A DNA stretch of 61,767 bases, the filler included, from Chthonomonadaceae bacterium (lineage in GTDB: Bacteria > Armatimonadota > Chthonomonadetes > Chthonomonadales > Chthonomonadaceae): the NCBI GenBank assembly GCA_035650735.1. It is 5 parts of 5 records of this genome, joined end to end, with 100 filler letters (N's around TTAATTAATTAA, not from the genome) between each part and the next. Parts side by side here need not be neighbours in the genome. Positions count along the whole stretch, not along the records: positions 1 to 20,216 come from DASRGZ010000083.1; 4 more parts are not named here. One strand, 5' to 3'. Of the stretch, positions 1 through 9,641 are shown piece by piece. The notes below the pieces were generated by a model. That model ran no database searches, had not been told where the DNA came from, and saw only the letters and a list, made by a program, of their open reading frames with translations. How positions within the stretch are numbered: position 1 is the stretch's first letter; each line of letters begins with the position of its first letter. A program made the position numbers and the translations under genes.

Positions 1-606
1 GGGCGCGTCATCTGCCGCCCGTTCGTGGGCACCGAGGGGAATTTCCGCCGTACCGAACGCCGCAAGGACTTCCCCGTAACCCCGCCGCCGACCGTTCTGG
101 ACGAACTGCAAGAATCCGGGCGAGCCGTCCACGCCATCGGCAAAATCTACGAGATCTTCAACGGGCGCGGCATCTCTACCTGGGACCACACGACTAACAA
201 TCCCGATCACACTTCGGCCCTGCAAGCGGCGGCGGAGACCAACGAGAGCGCGCTCATCTTTGCCAACCTGGAAGACTTCGATATGCTCTACGGCCATCGC
301 AACGACCCGCAGGGTATGGCTAGGGCGCTCGAAGCCTGGGATAAGGCACTGCCGTCCATTCTCGCCGCGCTGCGCCCCGGCGACCTTTTCCTCATCACCG
401 CCGATCACGGCAACGACCCGACGACGCCCTCCACCGACCACTCGCGCGAGCACCCCTTTCTGCTGGCCTACGGCTCCGGCCTGAAAGCGGGCATCAACCT
501 CGGCGTGCGCGCCACCTACGCCGACATCGCCGCCACCGTCCGAGATGCCTTCGGCCTGCCGCCCGGCGCGCACGGCGTCAGCTTCCTGCCCGAACTGCTA
601 CCTTAA
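1..606 (+). CDS. deoB: Phosphopentomutase, 5'-partial
   Basis: Frame open from base 1 (GRVICRPF..RRTERRKDF); motifs FANLEDFDMLYGHRND and ITADHGNDPT..STDHSRE. Confidence 0.93.
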   Translation, partial: GRVICRPFVGTEGNFRRTERRKDFPVTPPPTVLDELQESGRAVHAIGKIYEIFNGRGISTWDHTTNNPDHTSALQAAAETNESALIFANLEDFDMLYGHRNDPQGMARALEAWDKALPSILAALRPGDLFLITADHGNDPTTPSTDHSREHPFLLAYGSGLKAGINLGVRATYADIAATVRDAFGLPPGAHGVSFLPELLP

Positions 607-641
607 TCCATAGATACCTGGAAGTGTGTACGCTAACTTCT

Positions 642-793
642 GGCAGCCCACCCCTTTAGGGGTGGGCTGCGGACGGCAAGCCCGCTCAAGCGGGCTACGA
701 GGGGTGGGTTAGTCCCCTATAGGAGCTATAAGAAGGAAGGTTAGCCCCCTTCAGGGGGCTTGCCGCCCACAGCCCGGTCCTTTAGGGCCGGGC
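642..793. repeat. REP-like inverted doublet (REPIN/BIME-like)
   Basis: GCCCACCCCTTTAGGGGTGGGC..GGCAAGCCCGCTCAAGCGGGCTA and an inverted, diverged copy at 741-793; both keep two hairpins; lies between convergent genes. Confidence 0.75.
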
Positions 794-794
794 G

Positions 795-3173
795 CTATCC
801 CGTATGCCCGGCATCTTGCTGAAAATCGGCGTAGAAGCTCAACAGCCTGGTAAGCCTGGAGTGTCCCTGCCCGTAGTTCTTTTCGTAAATTCTTATCGCC
901 TGTCGGAATAACTCGCCCGCCTCTTTAAATTGGTCTTGCTTCCAGCGGACAATCGCCAGACCCCAGATCACCGTTCCCGTCTCCGGGTGCTCATTCCCTC
1001 GCCACTCCTCGTTTATCTTCAGGGCGCGCAGAAAAAGCTCTTCAGCTTCGGTATAGCGGCCTAAATTGATACACAGCAGCCCCAGGTTATTGCAGCCGGT
1101 CGCGATATTAATATGATTCGGCTTGAGCGCATTTTCGTATATCTGCAAAGCGCGCCGGGAGTATGGCTCGGCTTTGTCAAAAGATCCCTGGTAACGGTAG
1201 ACGCCTGCCAGTTGGGTGAGGGCGGCTGCTAGCAAATTCTCGTCATCCTGCTGCTTCTCGCGGATTGCCAGCACGCGCAGGAAAAAGGCCTCCGCTTTGG
1301 CAAAGTCCTTCTGTTCCATATACAGCAGGGCCATATTATGCAGCTTGCCCGCCGTCTCGGAATGTTCCGGCCCTTCTACCTCTTCGACGATTTTCAACGC
1401 GCGCTCATGCAGCGGTTCCGCCTCCTCACAACGGTCCAGTTCCCGATACAGGCAGGCCAGGGCGTCGAGGTAGTCTGCGGTGGTGCGGTGTTGCGCGCCA
1501 TACACCTTCTCGGCGATTGCCAGCGCCCGCCGCATCAGCGCTTCCGCCTCTCCGTAGAGCGCGCGGGCGCGCAGATAGCGCCCCGCCTGATAGAGCAGGT
1601 AAGCCGCCTCCGGTGTCTCCAGGTTTAGCTCCTTGACGTATTCCGCGCAAAGCCGCCAGTGCGGCAAGAACAGATCGCAAAGCGACCACTCCTCGAACTC
1701 AAAATCGGGCGTGGCGTCGGAGACAGCGCGCACGGCCCGCTCGATCCATAGGCGTCGCTCCTCGGCGCTCATGGTCTCCCGCATCACCCTTTGCACCAGG
1801 CGGTGAACGGAAAGCGTTTTATTCTCCGGATACCGGCTCAGGAGCGAGTAGCCGCAGGCGGCAGCGCTGACCTCAAAGTAGTAATCCACTGTATCGAGCG
1901 GCGAAGGCCCGTCGTTCTGCGCGAAAGGATAGGAGGTGAAAATCGCTTCCGGAATGGCATCGGGGGCAAGAAAGGCGCACAGCCGAACCAGTTCCACCGC
2001 CGCCTGCCCATACCTGCTGCGCCTGGCCACCTGTTCGAGCGCCAACCGGAAGGTGACTGTAACCGATTTGTGGTCGCGATCCCGATACTTATCGAGCAAC
2101 GGCAAGCCGTATTTGCGGTACACGGCCAGATATTCCGGCACGGTCATCATGGTCTCGGAGATATACGCTCCCGCCTGATCGAGGGCGAGCGGCAGTCCCT
2201 CCAACTCGTCGCTGAGCTCCATGGCGGCCTGCGCCACGTTGGGAAGCGCATCATCAAGCGTCTGGCTGATGTCCAGTACGCCGGCGCGGCGCAACAGCAG
2301 CAGCGCCCCTTCTGTCCGATTGAATTTCAAGAGCTCAATGGGGACCGCCCACTTGACGGTATTTCTGGCCCGCGTCGTTACCAGCAGACTGCCGGTGTGG
2401 TGGCGGGGGAAGTGGGGAGCGAGCGTTGCGATGTCATCTGCGTTATCCAGGACGAGGAGCCAGTCGGACTCGTTCTGGAACCAGTCATGCATCTTTTGCA
2501 GCGCCTCTCTCTGGGTGGTCGGCCCCGGAGTGAGCAGCTTGAGCTCTTCCGCCAGGCTGGCCAGGCCCTCGTTCAGGGCCTCCACCGTTTCCGCGCTGAC
2601 CCAATAAACCCCGTTGTAGTCGTTCCGATGCTCGTAAATATAGGCGATGGCCGTCTGGGTTTTCCCGATGCCTCCCAATCCGGTCAGGGCCTGCGGGTCG
2701 GGGACAAGCGCGGCGGAGCCTGCCTTCAGGGCCGTATGGAGTCGATCCAGTATATTGCGGCGCCCCGTAAAAAGCCGATTGGGACCCGGAACCTGACGCG
2801 AGAGCCATCCCCACCGGCTGTCTGAGGGCAGCGCCTCCGCGATGTCCTCCTTGACCTTAGTATCCGCTCTTGGCGTGTTATCTGCTCTGGGCGTGCCCTC
2901 GACAAAGACGTAATCCTCGCCGCTGATGAGATAAGGCAGCGTGGCTTTGTTTTCCTCGGCGCAGCGCTGCAAATAGTCCCAAATTCTTTCCAGCGTATCT
3001 AAGAAGACAGGGCCTTGTTTAAAGACTCGCTTGACGGTATTTATGGATGGCGTATTTCTGTCGCCAACAATATCGTCAATTGTCTTCCTGTACTTACGCC
3101 GGGCCTCCTCCAAGCGCTTCAGGCCCGCTTCGGTCAACCGTACATAGCGAGTTGCCTCTGTCCTCAGTTGCAT
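795..3173 (-). CDS. STAND NTPase: putative N-terminal HTH + NB-ARC + TPR repeats
   Basis: Walker A GLGGIGKT, Walker B LLVLDNA, TTR sensor, GLPLAL, VHRLVQ; multiple TPRs at the C-terminus; start placed at ATG 3173 (ORF open to 3245). Confidence 0.85.
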   Translation of the reverse strand: MQLRTEATRYVRLTEAGLKRLEEARRKYRKTIDDIVGDRNTPSINTVKRVFKQGPVFLDTLERIWDYLQRCAEENKATLPYLISGEDYVFVEGTPRADNTPRADTKVKEDIAEALPSDSRWGWLSRQVPGPNRLFTGRRNILDRLHTALKAGSAALVPDPQALTGLGGIGKTQTAIAYIYEHRNDYNGVYWVSAETVEALNEGLASLAEELKLLTPGPTTQREALQKMHDWFQNESDWLLVLDNADDIATLAPHFPRHHTGSLLVTTRARNTVKWAVPIELLKFNRTEGALLLLRRAGVLDISQTLDDALPNVAQAAMELSDELEGLPLALDQAGAYISETMMTVPEYLAVYRKYGLPLLDKYRDRDHKSVTVTFRLALEQVARRSRYGQAAVELVRLCAFLAPDAIPEAIFTSYPFAQNDGPSPLDTVDYYFEVSAAACGYSLLSRYPENKTLSVHRLVQRVMRETMSAEERRLWIERAVRAVSDATPDFEFEEWSLCDLFLPHWRLCAEYVKELNLETPEAAYLLYQAGRYLRARALYGEAEALMRRALAIAEKVYGAQHRTTADYLDALACLYRELDRCEEAEPLHERALKIVEEVEGPEHSETAGKLHNMALLYMEQKDFAKAEAFFLRVLAIREKQQDDENLLAAALTQLAGVYRYQGSFDKAEPYSRRALQIYENALKPNHINIATGCNNLGLLCINLGRYTEAEELFLRALKINEEWRGNEHPETGTVIWGLAIVRWKQDQFKEAGELFRQAIRIYEKNYGQGHSRLTRLLSFYADFQQDAGHTG

Positions 3174-3477
3174 TCCAATTGCTTCTCCCCAAGGATCGTG
3201 CCAGCGGGCCGTTTTGAGGGTCGAGCCGTGCTGAATGTGCCCCAATTAATTGACGCAATCACCCGAAGTTGATTCAGTTTGATTCAAATTGGGCTTCCAT
3301 GCTATCTAGCAAGTTTGTATAATGGCCCTGTTAATCTGATTTGTATTTGGCTGCACAGGCAGCGAATCCTGCATCAAGTCCGATTCAGAACAAACCGATT
3401 TTCGGCTGGCGGGCAAAATCAGATTGTAATAAGCAATCAGGCCCCCATGGATGCCCGCTCGGCAAGAAGCAACGACG

Positions 3478-4662
3478 ATGTCTACAGACACAACCCAGAT
3501 TTCAGCCTTCTCCCAGCCGCTGACTTCGAGCGAAAGCGAGGCGCGGGAGATCATCGCGGCGTGGAGCAGACAGCATTTCCTGGCCGCTCAAGACCTTGCC
3601 TCCAAGATGGTCATCGAAGAGATGACAACGTCTGTGAGCCAAGTTCATAAGCTTGTCAGCCAGTGCCAGATTCGAGAAAGGGAGACCGTTTCGCAGCCCT
3701 ATACAGGCGGTCCGGTGGATCAAGGAATGTACGTAGATGTGTGGGCTGTTGATCTCCCTATCGCACCGTTTGGCGAGGGTAAGTTCACCTGGAAGATACC
3801 CGGCTCAGAGCACATCGAAGACTGTGACACTTGTGGCACTTCCGGGCGCGTAAGCTGTTTGGTCTGTGGCGGCTCGCAGAAGGTAAACTGCACGGCTTTG
3901 GAATGTAGTTATGGACGCTGTACGCAGTGTCAGTACGGAAGACGCACCTGCAAGCCCTGCTCCGGAACCGGCAAGCAAACGTGCAACAATTGCGGGGGAA
4001 GCGGCTACAGGAATAGCTACGATTGGAATCAACGCGAGCCCTGCTACGCCTGTAGCGGAGGCAAAATCTCCTGCTCGGCCTGTGACGGTAACGGACACAC
4101 ACACTGCACAAGCTGCGACGGCTTCGGCAATTGCGGGCAATGCTCTGGAACCGGGAAGGCGCGTTGTACTCGGTGTAGTGACGGAACTGAAACCTGCGGG
4201 CGGTGCTCTGGAGCCGGACAGTTGAAGTTTAGCGACGTCGTGAAGGTAGAGGCTTTCAACATCAACCAGGCCGCGATTGACGACACGGCAGGGCTTCCTG
4301 AGAAACGGCTCTATGCCGCATCCGGCACGGAAGTATTCAAGCGGAGCGCGCCCTACTTTGACCCACGCCCCCTTGCCCCCACGTGCGTTCCTGAGATGGT
4401 GGAGAGGCTACAGGCGGCAACGGCAACGGCGCTTAAGACGGGGGCAGCGATTATGTACCAGCAATTTACCATCACAGCGCTCCCCGTGACCAGGATCACC
4501 TATCGCTATGCGAGCCTTCCGAGCAAGGCTCTCTGGATTTATGGGAACGATAGCCGCGTTCACGCTCCCGGTGCACCGCGAGAGCGCTCGCGCATGCTAA
4601 TGCTCGCCGTTGGGCTTCTCCTCGCCCTGGGGATCATTCTCATGGCGCTATTACACCGGTAA
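3478..4662 (+). CDS. SSUH2-like protein with 12 CxxC (DnaJ-type CxxCxGxG) motifs and a C-terminal TM anchor
   Basis: CDTCGTSG through CGRCSGAG repeats; flanks (EAREII, QPYTGGPVD, VWAVD, QQFTITALPVTRITY, WIYGNDSRVHA) resemble the SSUH2 layout; hydrophobic C-terminus. Confidence 0.7.
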   Translation: MSTDTTQISAFSQPLTSSESEAREIIAAWSRQHFLAAQDLASKMVIEEMTTSVSQVHKLVSQCQIRERETVSQPYTGGPVDQGMYVDVWAVDLPIAPFGEGKFTWKIPGSEHIEDCDTCGTSGRVSCLVCGGSQKVNCTALECSYGRCTQCQYGRRTCKPCSGTGKQTCNNCGGSGYRNSYDWNQREPCYACSGGKISCSACDGNGHTHCTSCDGFGNCGQCSGTGKARCTRCSDGTETCGRCSGAGQLKFSDVVKVEAFNINQAAIDDTAGLPEKRLYAASGTEVFKRSAPYFDPRPLAPTCVPEMVERLQAATATALKTGAAIMYQQFTITALPVTRITYRYASLPSKALWIYGNDSRVHAPGAPRERSRMLMLAVGLLLALGIILMALLHR

Positions 4663-4720
4663 CACGAGCAGGGTGCGAAAGCGATAGCTCTGGCTCTATC
4701 TAAACAAAAGGAGAGAGAAA

Positions 4721-5092
4721 GTGGAACAGGCGAAAGATTGGTTTAGCAAGCAAAACGACTTACAGAAGAAAATCGTCCTCGTGGCAGCGGCCATCCTCAC
4801 GCTGATGATCTTGTTCCCGCCCAAGGTCATCGTTCGCCAGATTCTTGGGCAGAGCACAACTCAGCCTGTCGGCTACCAGTTCATTTTCAGTGATCCCGCC
4901 GGGGCGGAGAAGCCGAACGTGCCTGCCGACGTGCCCGCCGAACTTAAAGAGGCCATTGACAAGGCGGTCACTTCCCATATCGAGTGGGGCAAGCTCCTGA
5001 TCCAAATGATCGTCGTAGCCGGAGTGGCCGTCGTCGCCATGCGCTTCGTGGCGGCCCCGAATATACGAGGAGTAGGAAATATCCCCTCCTGA
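4721..5092 (+). CDS. Hypothetical two-TM membrane protein
   Basis: AAGGAG before GTG; two hydrophobic segments around a soluble loop. Confidence 0.7.
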   Translation: MEQAKDWFSKQNDLQKKIVLVAAAILTLMILFPPKVIVRQILGQSTTQPVGYQFIFSDPAGAEKPNVPADVPAELKEAIDKAVTSHIEWGKLLIQMIVVAGVAVVAMRFVAAPNIRGVGNIPS

Positions 5093-5139
5093 ATTGGAGG
5101 GCCATTAAGGAGAGAACGACGTTGAGAACAGATCGACCC

Positions 5140-6291
5140 ATGAAGCTTCTGCTGGCGTTGCTGCTCCTTTATGTTTCTCAGATTCAAGGGCAAACGCAGA
5201 CCTTTTCCGTGCTGTACCATTTTGGAACCAACCCTGGCGACCCGATCTGGCAGAACGAGATCGGCCTCCTGGCCCAGGGACGCGATGGCAGCCTCTATAG
5301 CACGTCGCCAAGCGGCGGAAAGAACAACTACGGGACGGTCTACAAGATCACGCCGGATGGGAACCTGACCGTCCTCTACAACTTCGATGGCATCCTCGGC
5401 AGGCATCCGAGGGGCGGCCTGACGCTCGGCAGTGATGGCAACTTCTACGGGACCACCTATGAAGGCGGCAAGTATAGCGTCGGCACCATCTTCAAGATCA
5501 CGCCAGAGGGAGCGCTGACCATCCTGTATAACTTTACCAACCGCAACGACGGGTCTTATCCGATTTCGGCGCCGGTGCAGGCCAGCGATGGGAACTTCTA
5601 CGGCGTCACGACCTACGCGAACAATCAGCAGTCTGGCGTGCTGTACCGTATCTCGCCCAGCGGAGCTTTCTCGCCTCTGTACCTGTTCCGGGGAGACAAC
5701 GGCAAGTTCGCCACCAGTCTGATCGCCGCGTCGGATGGAAACCTGTACGGAACGACACTGAAGGGAGACGCGAGTTGCCTGTATGGCACCGTTTTTAAGG
5801 CGACGCGCTCCGGTGCCGTATCTACGCTCCATAAATTCGATTTCGCTAACGGCGCCGCGCCGTACAATCTGATTCAGGGCAAGGATGGGAATCTGTATGG
5901 GACCGCCTCCACGGGGGGCACCTCAGGCGCCCTGCACCCTGGAATGGTTTATAAGCTGACTCTGACCGGGGAGTACACGGTCCTGCACGCCTTCAACGGC
6001 ACCACCGACGGCCTCAACCCACACGCCGGGGTTGTAGAGGCTGTGGATGGCTATCTCTACGGTACAACGCCTGGCGGCGGAACCGGCGGCAGAGGCGTCA
6101 TCTATCGCATCAGCCCGACCGGGGAGAACTTCCAGGTTGTCTATAACTTCCTCTCCAACAGGAGCACAGGCAGATTCTGCCGCGCGACCCCGATACAGCA
6201 CACGAACGGGAAGCTCTATGGGACCACGGCCCAGGGCGGAACGTATGACAGGGGCGTGTTTTACTGCCTCGACATCGGGCGCAGCCGATGA
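5140..6291 (+). CDS. Secreted GloVer (Gloeobacter/Verrucomicrobia) repeat beta-propeller protein
   Basis: Signal peptide MKLLLALLLL; repeated DGNLYGTT..GG..GTVFKITP.G..TVL..F units. Confidence 0.85.
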   Translation: MKLLLALLLLYVSQIQGQTQTFSVLYHFGTNPGDPIWQNEIGLLAQGRDGSLYSTSPSGGKNNYGTVYKITPDGNLTVLYNFDGILGRHPRGGLTLGSDGNFYGTTYEGGKYSVGTIFKITPEGALTILYNFTNRNDGSYPISAPVQASDGNFYGVTTYANNQQSGVLYRISPSGAFSPLYLFRGDNGKFATSLIAASDGNLYGTTLKGDASCLYGTVFKATRSGAVSTLHKFDFANGAAPYNLIQGKDGNLYGTASTGGTSGALHPGMVYKLTLTGEYTVLHAFNGTTDGLNPHAGVVEAVDGYLYGTTPGGGTGGRGVIYRISPTGENFQVVYNFLSNRSTGRFCRATPIQHTNGKLYGTTAQGGTYDRGVFYCLDIGRSR

Positions 6292-6330
6292 CGCGCCAAT
6301 GGAATTTACAAGCAGAAAGGAAGCCTTACA

Positions 6331-6855
6331 ATGTCGAAACGAATGAGCCTGGGCGTTCTTGCGATCCTCGTCTTCGCCCTCTGCTGGAGCGGCGTGCACT
6401 CAGCGGTATCTCAACAGGCCGCAGAGCGCAAATCGGCGCTGATTGTCGGTTATCCGAATCCGGCCATTATTATCGGAGGCAGCGGCACGCGCTACGGAGG
6501 GATCATTTATGTCTCGGTGTATCCGGTCAGCCCGGGCCAGGTCCCAGGACAGGGCGCGCAGCCCGTCGCGACCGCGGAAATGACTCCCAGTCAACGCTCT
6601 GTCTGGCAGCTTCCTCTGGGCGTGTACGAGGTGAGATATGGGATGCGTACCGGCAGCGAGATGAAGACCTTCATCGTTCGAGATGTGATTCTGCGCCCGG
6701 AGGGCGCGAGTTCGCTCACCATAGAGATGAACGCCGACGCCAAGACGACGATCCTCGGGGGGGACATGTCGGCCCAGGAGATGCAGGAGGACATTCGGAG
6801 CTTGCTGAAGGAGGTTTCGGATCTCAAGCAAGAGGTCAGGGATCTCAAGAAATAG
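6331..6855 (+). CDS. Secreted hypothetical protein with beta-sandwich-like domain and C-terminal coiled coil
   Basis: Signal peptide; LPLGVYEVRY; heptad tail EDIRSLLKEVSDLKQEVRDLKK. Confidence 0.7.
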   Translation: MSKRMSLGVLAILVFALCWSGVHSAVSQQAAERKSALIVGYPNPAIIIGGSGTRYGGIIYVSVYPVSPGQVPGQGAQPVATAEMTPSQRSVWQLPLGVYEVRYGMRTGSEMKTFIVRDVILRPEGASSLTIEMNADAKTTILGGDMSAQEMQEDIRSLLKEVSDLKQEVRDLKK

Positions 6856-6899
6856 GCCGGCCCATAATACGCGCATTGTTTGGCCAGGAGGTTCACAGA

Positions 6900-8210
6900 A
6901 TGAAGCAAGTTTTTCTCTTGGCTCTGGCTGTCCCCGCAATCGGATGTCTGTCCATCGCGTGGAAGGAGGATGCCGGCCTGGCTCTCAAGCCCACCCCTGA
7001 GAGCAGAGCGCTTCTCGCGCAGGCCCCAACCAGGTCAGGCAAACTCACGCTTATACCCTATCGCCTGAGCGGCGACGGATCGGATCGCCTCCAATCGAGA
7101 TGGGGATACTGTGATCCGACGAAGAGGTTAGTCCTGGAGGCCAGGTATGGAGATGCCGAGCCTTTTTCCGACGGACTGGCCAGGGTGGTACGCAACGGCA
7201 AATGGGGCTACATAGATGAAAGCGGCAGAGAAGTGGTTCCGTGCAAGTACGATGATATTGACGACTTCCACGAGGGCCTTGCGGTTGCGCAACGGGACGG
7301 TAACTCAGGCTATGTAGATAAGAGCGGGAAGGAGGTCATCCCGTTCACGTACTTCGAGCATCATGCCTCTGCCTTCTCGGAAGGGTTGGCGCGGGTGGAG
7401 CCGTCCGACTTTATGGTCGGCTACATCGATCGGACGGGGAAAGAGGTGATCCCTGCCCGGTACGACGCCGGCGAGTCGTTTTCCGAAGGTCTGGCTGCCG
7501 TGGGCATGGAGAGCGGAGACCACGACAAATGGGGCTTTATAGACAAGAGCGGGAGATTGGTCATTCCGTTCAGATACGACCGTGTTGAAGCCTTTGCAAA
7601 TGGCCTCGCCAAAGTCGAGCGGGCCACCGAGGCCGGCTTTAAGGCGGGCCTCATAGACAGGACCGGAAAGGTCGTCGCGCCGTTAAAGTATGACGAGCTT
7701 GGCGAGTTCTCCGAAGGGCTAGCTCGGGTGAAACGTGGCGAGAGGGTCGGCTTCATTGACCGTCGTGGAAAAGAGGTCATTGCCCTCAAATATCGAGACG
7801 CCTCGCCCTCCTTTTCGGAGGGGCTGGCTTACGTTGAGACCGTGAGCGGCCAGGGACTGTACATAGACAAGGCGGGCAAGAAAGTTCTTGCGGCCCCCTA
7901 TTTCCTGGCCGATCCCTTTTACGAGGGCATGGCGGCGGTGCGGCTGAAGAAGCAACGAACGAGCGGCTACATTGACAGGACGGGCAAGGTTGTCGTTCCC
8001 CTCAAGTATGACCACACCGGGCGTTTTTCCGAAGGTCTGGGGGCCGTGGAGCGGAACGGCAAAGTCGGTTACGTGGATAAGACCGGAAAGGTAGTGATCC
8101 CTCTCAAGTATGAGTACGGTACGGAGTTCAGTGGAGCACTGGCTACGGTAAAACTCAACGGCAAATATGGGTACATCGGGCGAGATGGCGCCGAGTATTT
8201 CGCGCCGTAG
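6900..8210 (+). CDS. WG-repeat (KWG) secreted protein
   Basis: AGGAGG before ATG 6900; about ten FSEGLA..KWGYID..G..VIP repeats. Confidence 0.9.
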   Translation: MKQVFLLALAVPAIGCLSIAWKEDAGLALKPTPESRALLAQAPTRSGKLTLIPYRLSGDGSDRLQSRWGYCDPTKRLVLEARYGDAEPFSDGLARVVRNGKWGYIDESGREVVPCKYDDIDDFHEGLAVAQRDGNSGYVDKSGKEVIPFTYFEHHASAFSEGLARVEPSDFMVGYIDRTGKEVIPARYDAGESFSEGLAAVGMESGDHDKWGFIDKSGRLVIPFRYDRVEAFANGLAKVERATEAGFKAGLIDRTGKVVAPLKYDELGEFSEGLARVKRGERVGFIDRRGKEVIALKYRDASPSFSEGLAYVETVSGQGLYIDKAGKKVLAAPYFLADPFYEGMAAVRLKKQRTSGYIDRTGKVVVPLKYDHTGRFSEGLGAVERNGKVGYVDKTGKVVIPLKYEYGTEFSGALATVKLNGKYGYIGRDGAEYFAP

Positions 8211-8220
8211 GGTTCCTATT

Positions 8221-8284
8221 CCCCTTGCCGGGGATGAGGTCTGGCCCCTCCCCTGTTCTTGGGGGAGGGGCTTGGGGTGGGGGC
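8221..8284. repeat. CCCCTCTCCC..GGGAGAGGGG..GGGGTGAGG-type REP-like repeat
   Basis: CCCCTCCCC-TGTTCTT-GGGGGAGGGG-CTTGGGGTGGGG; related copies near 12830, 32450, 38675-38845, 40370 and 57640. Confidence 0.6.
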
Positions 8285-8336
8285 GAGAACGAAATGCCCC
8301 TAGATATGCTCACAGGGAAACGGAATGGGGGCAGGC

Positions 8337-9641
8337 TCAGGAGCGGAGCGCGCTGGTGCGCTTGGCCTCCAGCAGGCGAATGGCGGTCTCACGGTCGGTA
8401 CAGAGGTCATGGACAATCGGCTGCTTCCAGCCCATCGCCTGCCATTCCAGCACGGAACGAATCGCATCTATCTTGGTCGCGCCGCCGGCCACGACCACCA
8501 CCTTCGGCACCAGATAGAGTTGCTCGAAAGTGATCGAGAGCAAGCGGGTGTTTATAGCATCGACATAGCTCTCCAATTCGGCCAGCGTGGAGGCGGGCAG
8601 ATACTTGCGGGCCGCCAGCGTGATAAACAGGCGATTGCAGAGATCGCCCACCGCGCAGGAGAACTGGCGGTTGCCGTTGTCGGAGATGCGCTCGATCAGG
8701 TCGATCAGCTTACTCAGCTCTGGCTGCAAGTTGCCCAGCATCGGCTCGTGCAGGCCGACGATGAAGCGGTGGCCGGATTTGGCGCGCACGCCGCCGATGC
8801 CGACCAGGGCCAGCGTCGGCACGCAGACCTCATCTTCCGGCTGCTCACCCGTGGGCGCGTTGCCCTGCCGCGCACGCTCTTCCCAGACCTGGGGCGAGAT
8901 CCAGCGCCCCGGTCCCTCCGAGAGCCATTCGTGGATCATCTCCGGCGACTTGACGCCCACCGGCAGGCTCAGGCGGATAAGCTGCGCGTCCGGGAAGGCG
9001 CGGGCCAGCCAGGCACCGCTGATGTCGGCGTCCATGGCGCGGCGCGCGTCAGGGCTCTCCATGCTCCAGACAGTGGAGGCGATGTTGCCGTTCATGGAGA
9101 CGACCTTGATGCCGCGCACGTTGCGTTTGTCGAAAATGTGCTTGTTGAAAAGGCTCTCGCAGGCATAGAAGACCGCCCGTCCCGAAGAGAGCGCGATGAT
9201 TTCATTCTGCCGAACGATGGTATCCAGATACTCCGCGCAGAGTTGGCCAAGCGCCTGGTGCAGGCGATCATCGGCCAGAGAGCTCTCCAGCGACTCCTCG
9301 TGCCCGGGCGCATCGGCGACGATGGCCGACTGGAGCTCGTAGGCGGCGATCAGCTCCCGTTCCAGGTTGTCGGCGCGGGGCGGCTTAAACGGGGCATTCT
9401 CGTCAATGTGGACGCGTACAATGCCGGTATCCAGCGCAAAACGATAGAGCCGAGAGATGGTGCTGGCATCAATGTGTGCCAGACCGGGCTCAGATTTCGT
9501 CAATTGTTGCAAAATAGCTTTCTGCTCGAGGCGATCTACCAGCACCATCTTGGCGATGCGCGCTGCCAGACGCCGTTTATCGGCAGGATCCAGCGCCGGC
9601 CGTCGGCCGCGGCGCCTGTCCCCCGTTAGCTTCGTCGTCAC
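8337..9641 (-). CDS. SorC/DeoR(LsrR-like) sugar-binding transcriptional regulator
   Basis: GGAGGT before GTG 9641; N-terminal HTH (STISRL..A..TGIVRVHI); ALSSGR, AVGDLC, AGGATKIDAI and LCTDRETA motifs. Confidence 0.8.
   Translation of the reverse strand: MTTKLTGDRRRGRRPALDPADKRRLAARIAKMVLVDRLEQKAILQQLTKSEPGLAHIDASTISRLYRFALDTGIVRVHIDENAPFKPPRADNLERELIAAYELQSAIVADAPGHEESLESSLADDRLHQALGQLCAEYLDTIVRQNEIIALSSGRAVFYACESLFNKHIFDKRNVRGIKVVSMNGNIASTVWSMESPDARRAMDADISGAWLARAFPDAQLIRLSLPVGVKSPEMIHEWLSEGPGRWISPQVWEERARQGNAPTGEQPEDEVCVPTLALVGIGGVRAKSGHRFIVGLHEPMLGNLQPELSKLIDLIERISDNGNRQFSCAVGDLCNRLFITLAARKYLPASTLAELESYVDAINTRLLSITFEQLYLVPKVVVVAGGATKIDAIRSVLEWQAMGWKQPIVHDLCTDRETAIRLLEAKRTSALRS

Noticed and set aside
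6288..6899. 5' extensions of track ORFs (WG protein, also sufD, hslV, methyltransferase, M48)
   Set aside because: They overlap upstream genes or leaders; downstream starts fit SD sites or family N-termini
8325..9629. Long antisense ORFs (e.g. 8325-9629, 15279-16772, 32988-34067, 50221-51918)
   Set aside because: Shadow frames of well-supported genes in GC-rich DNA; no motifs
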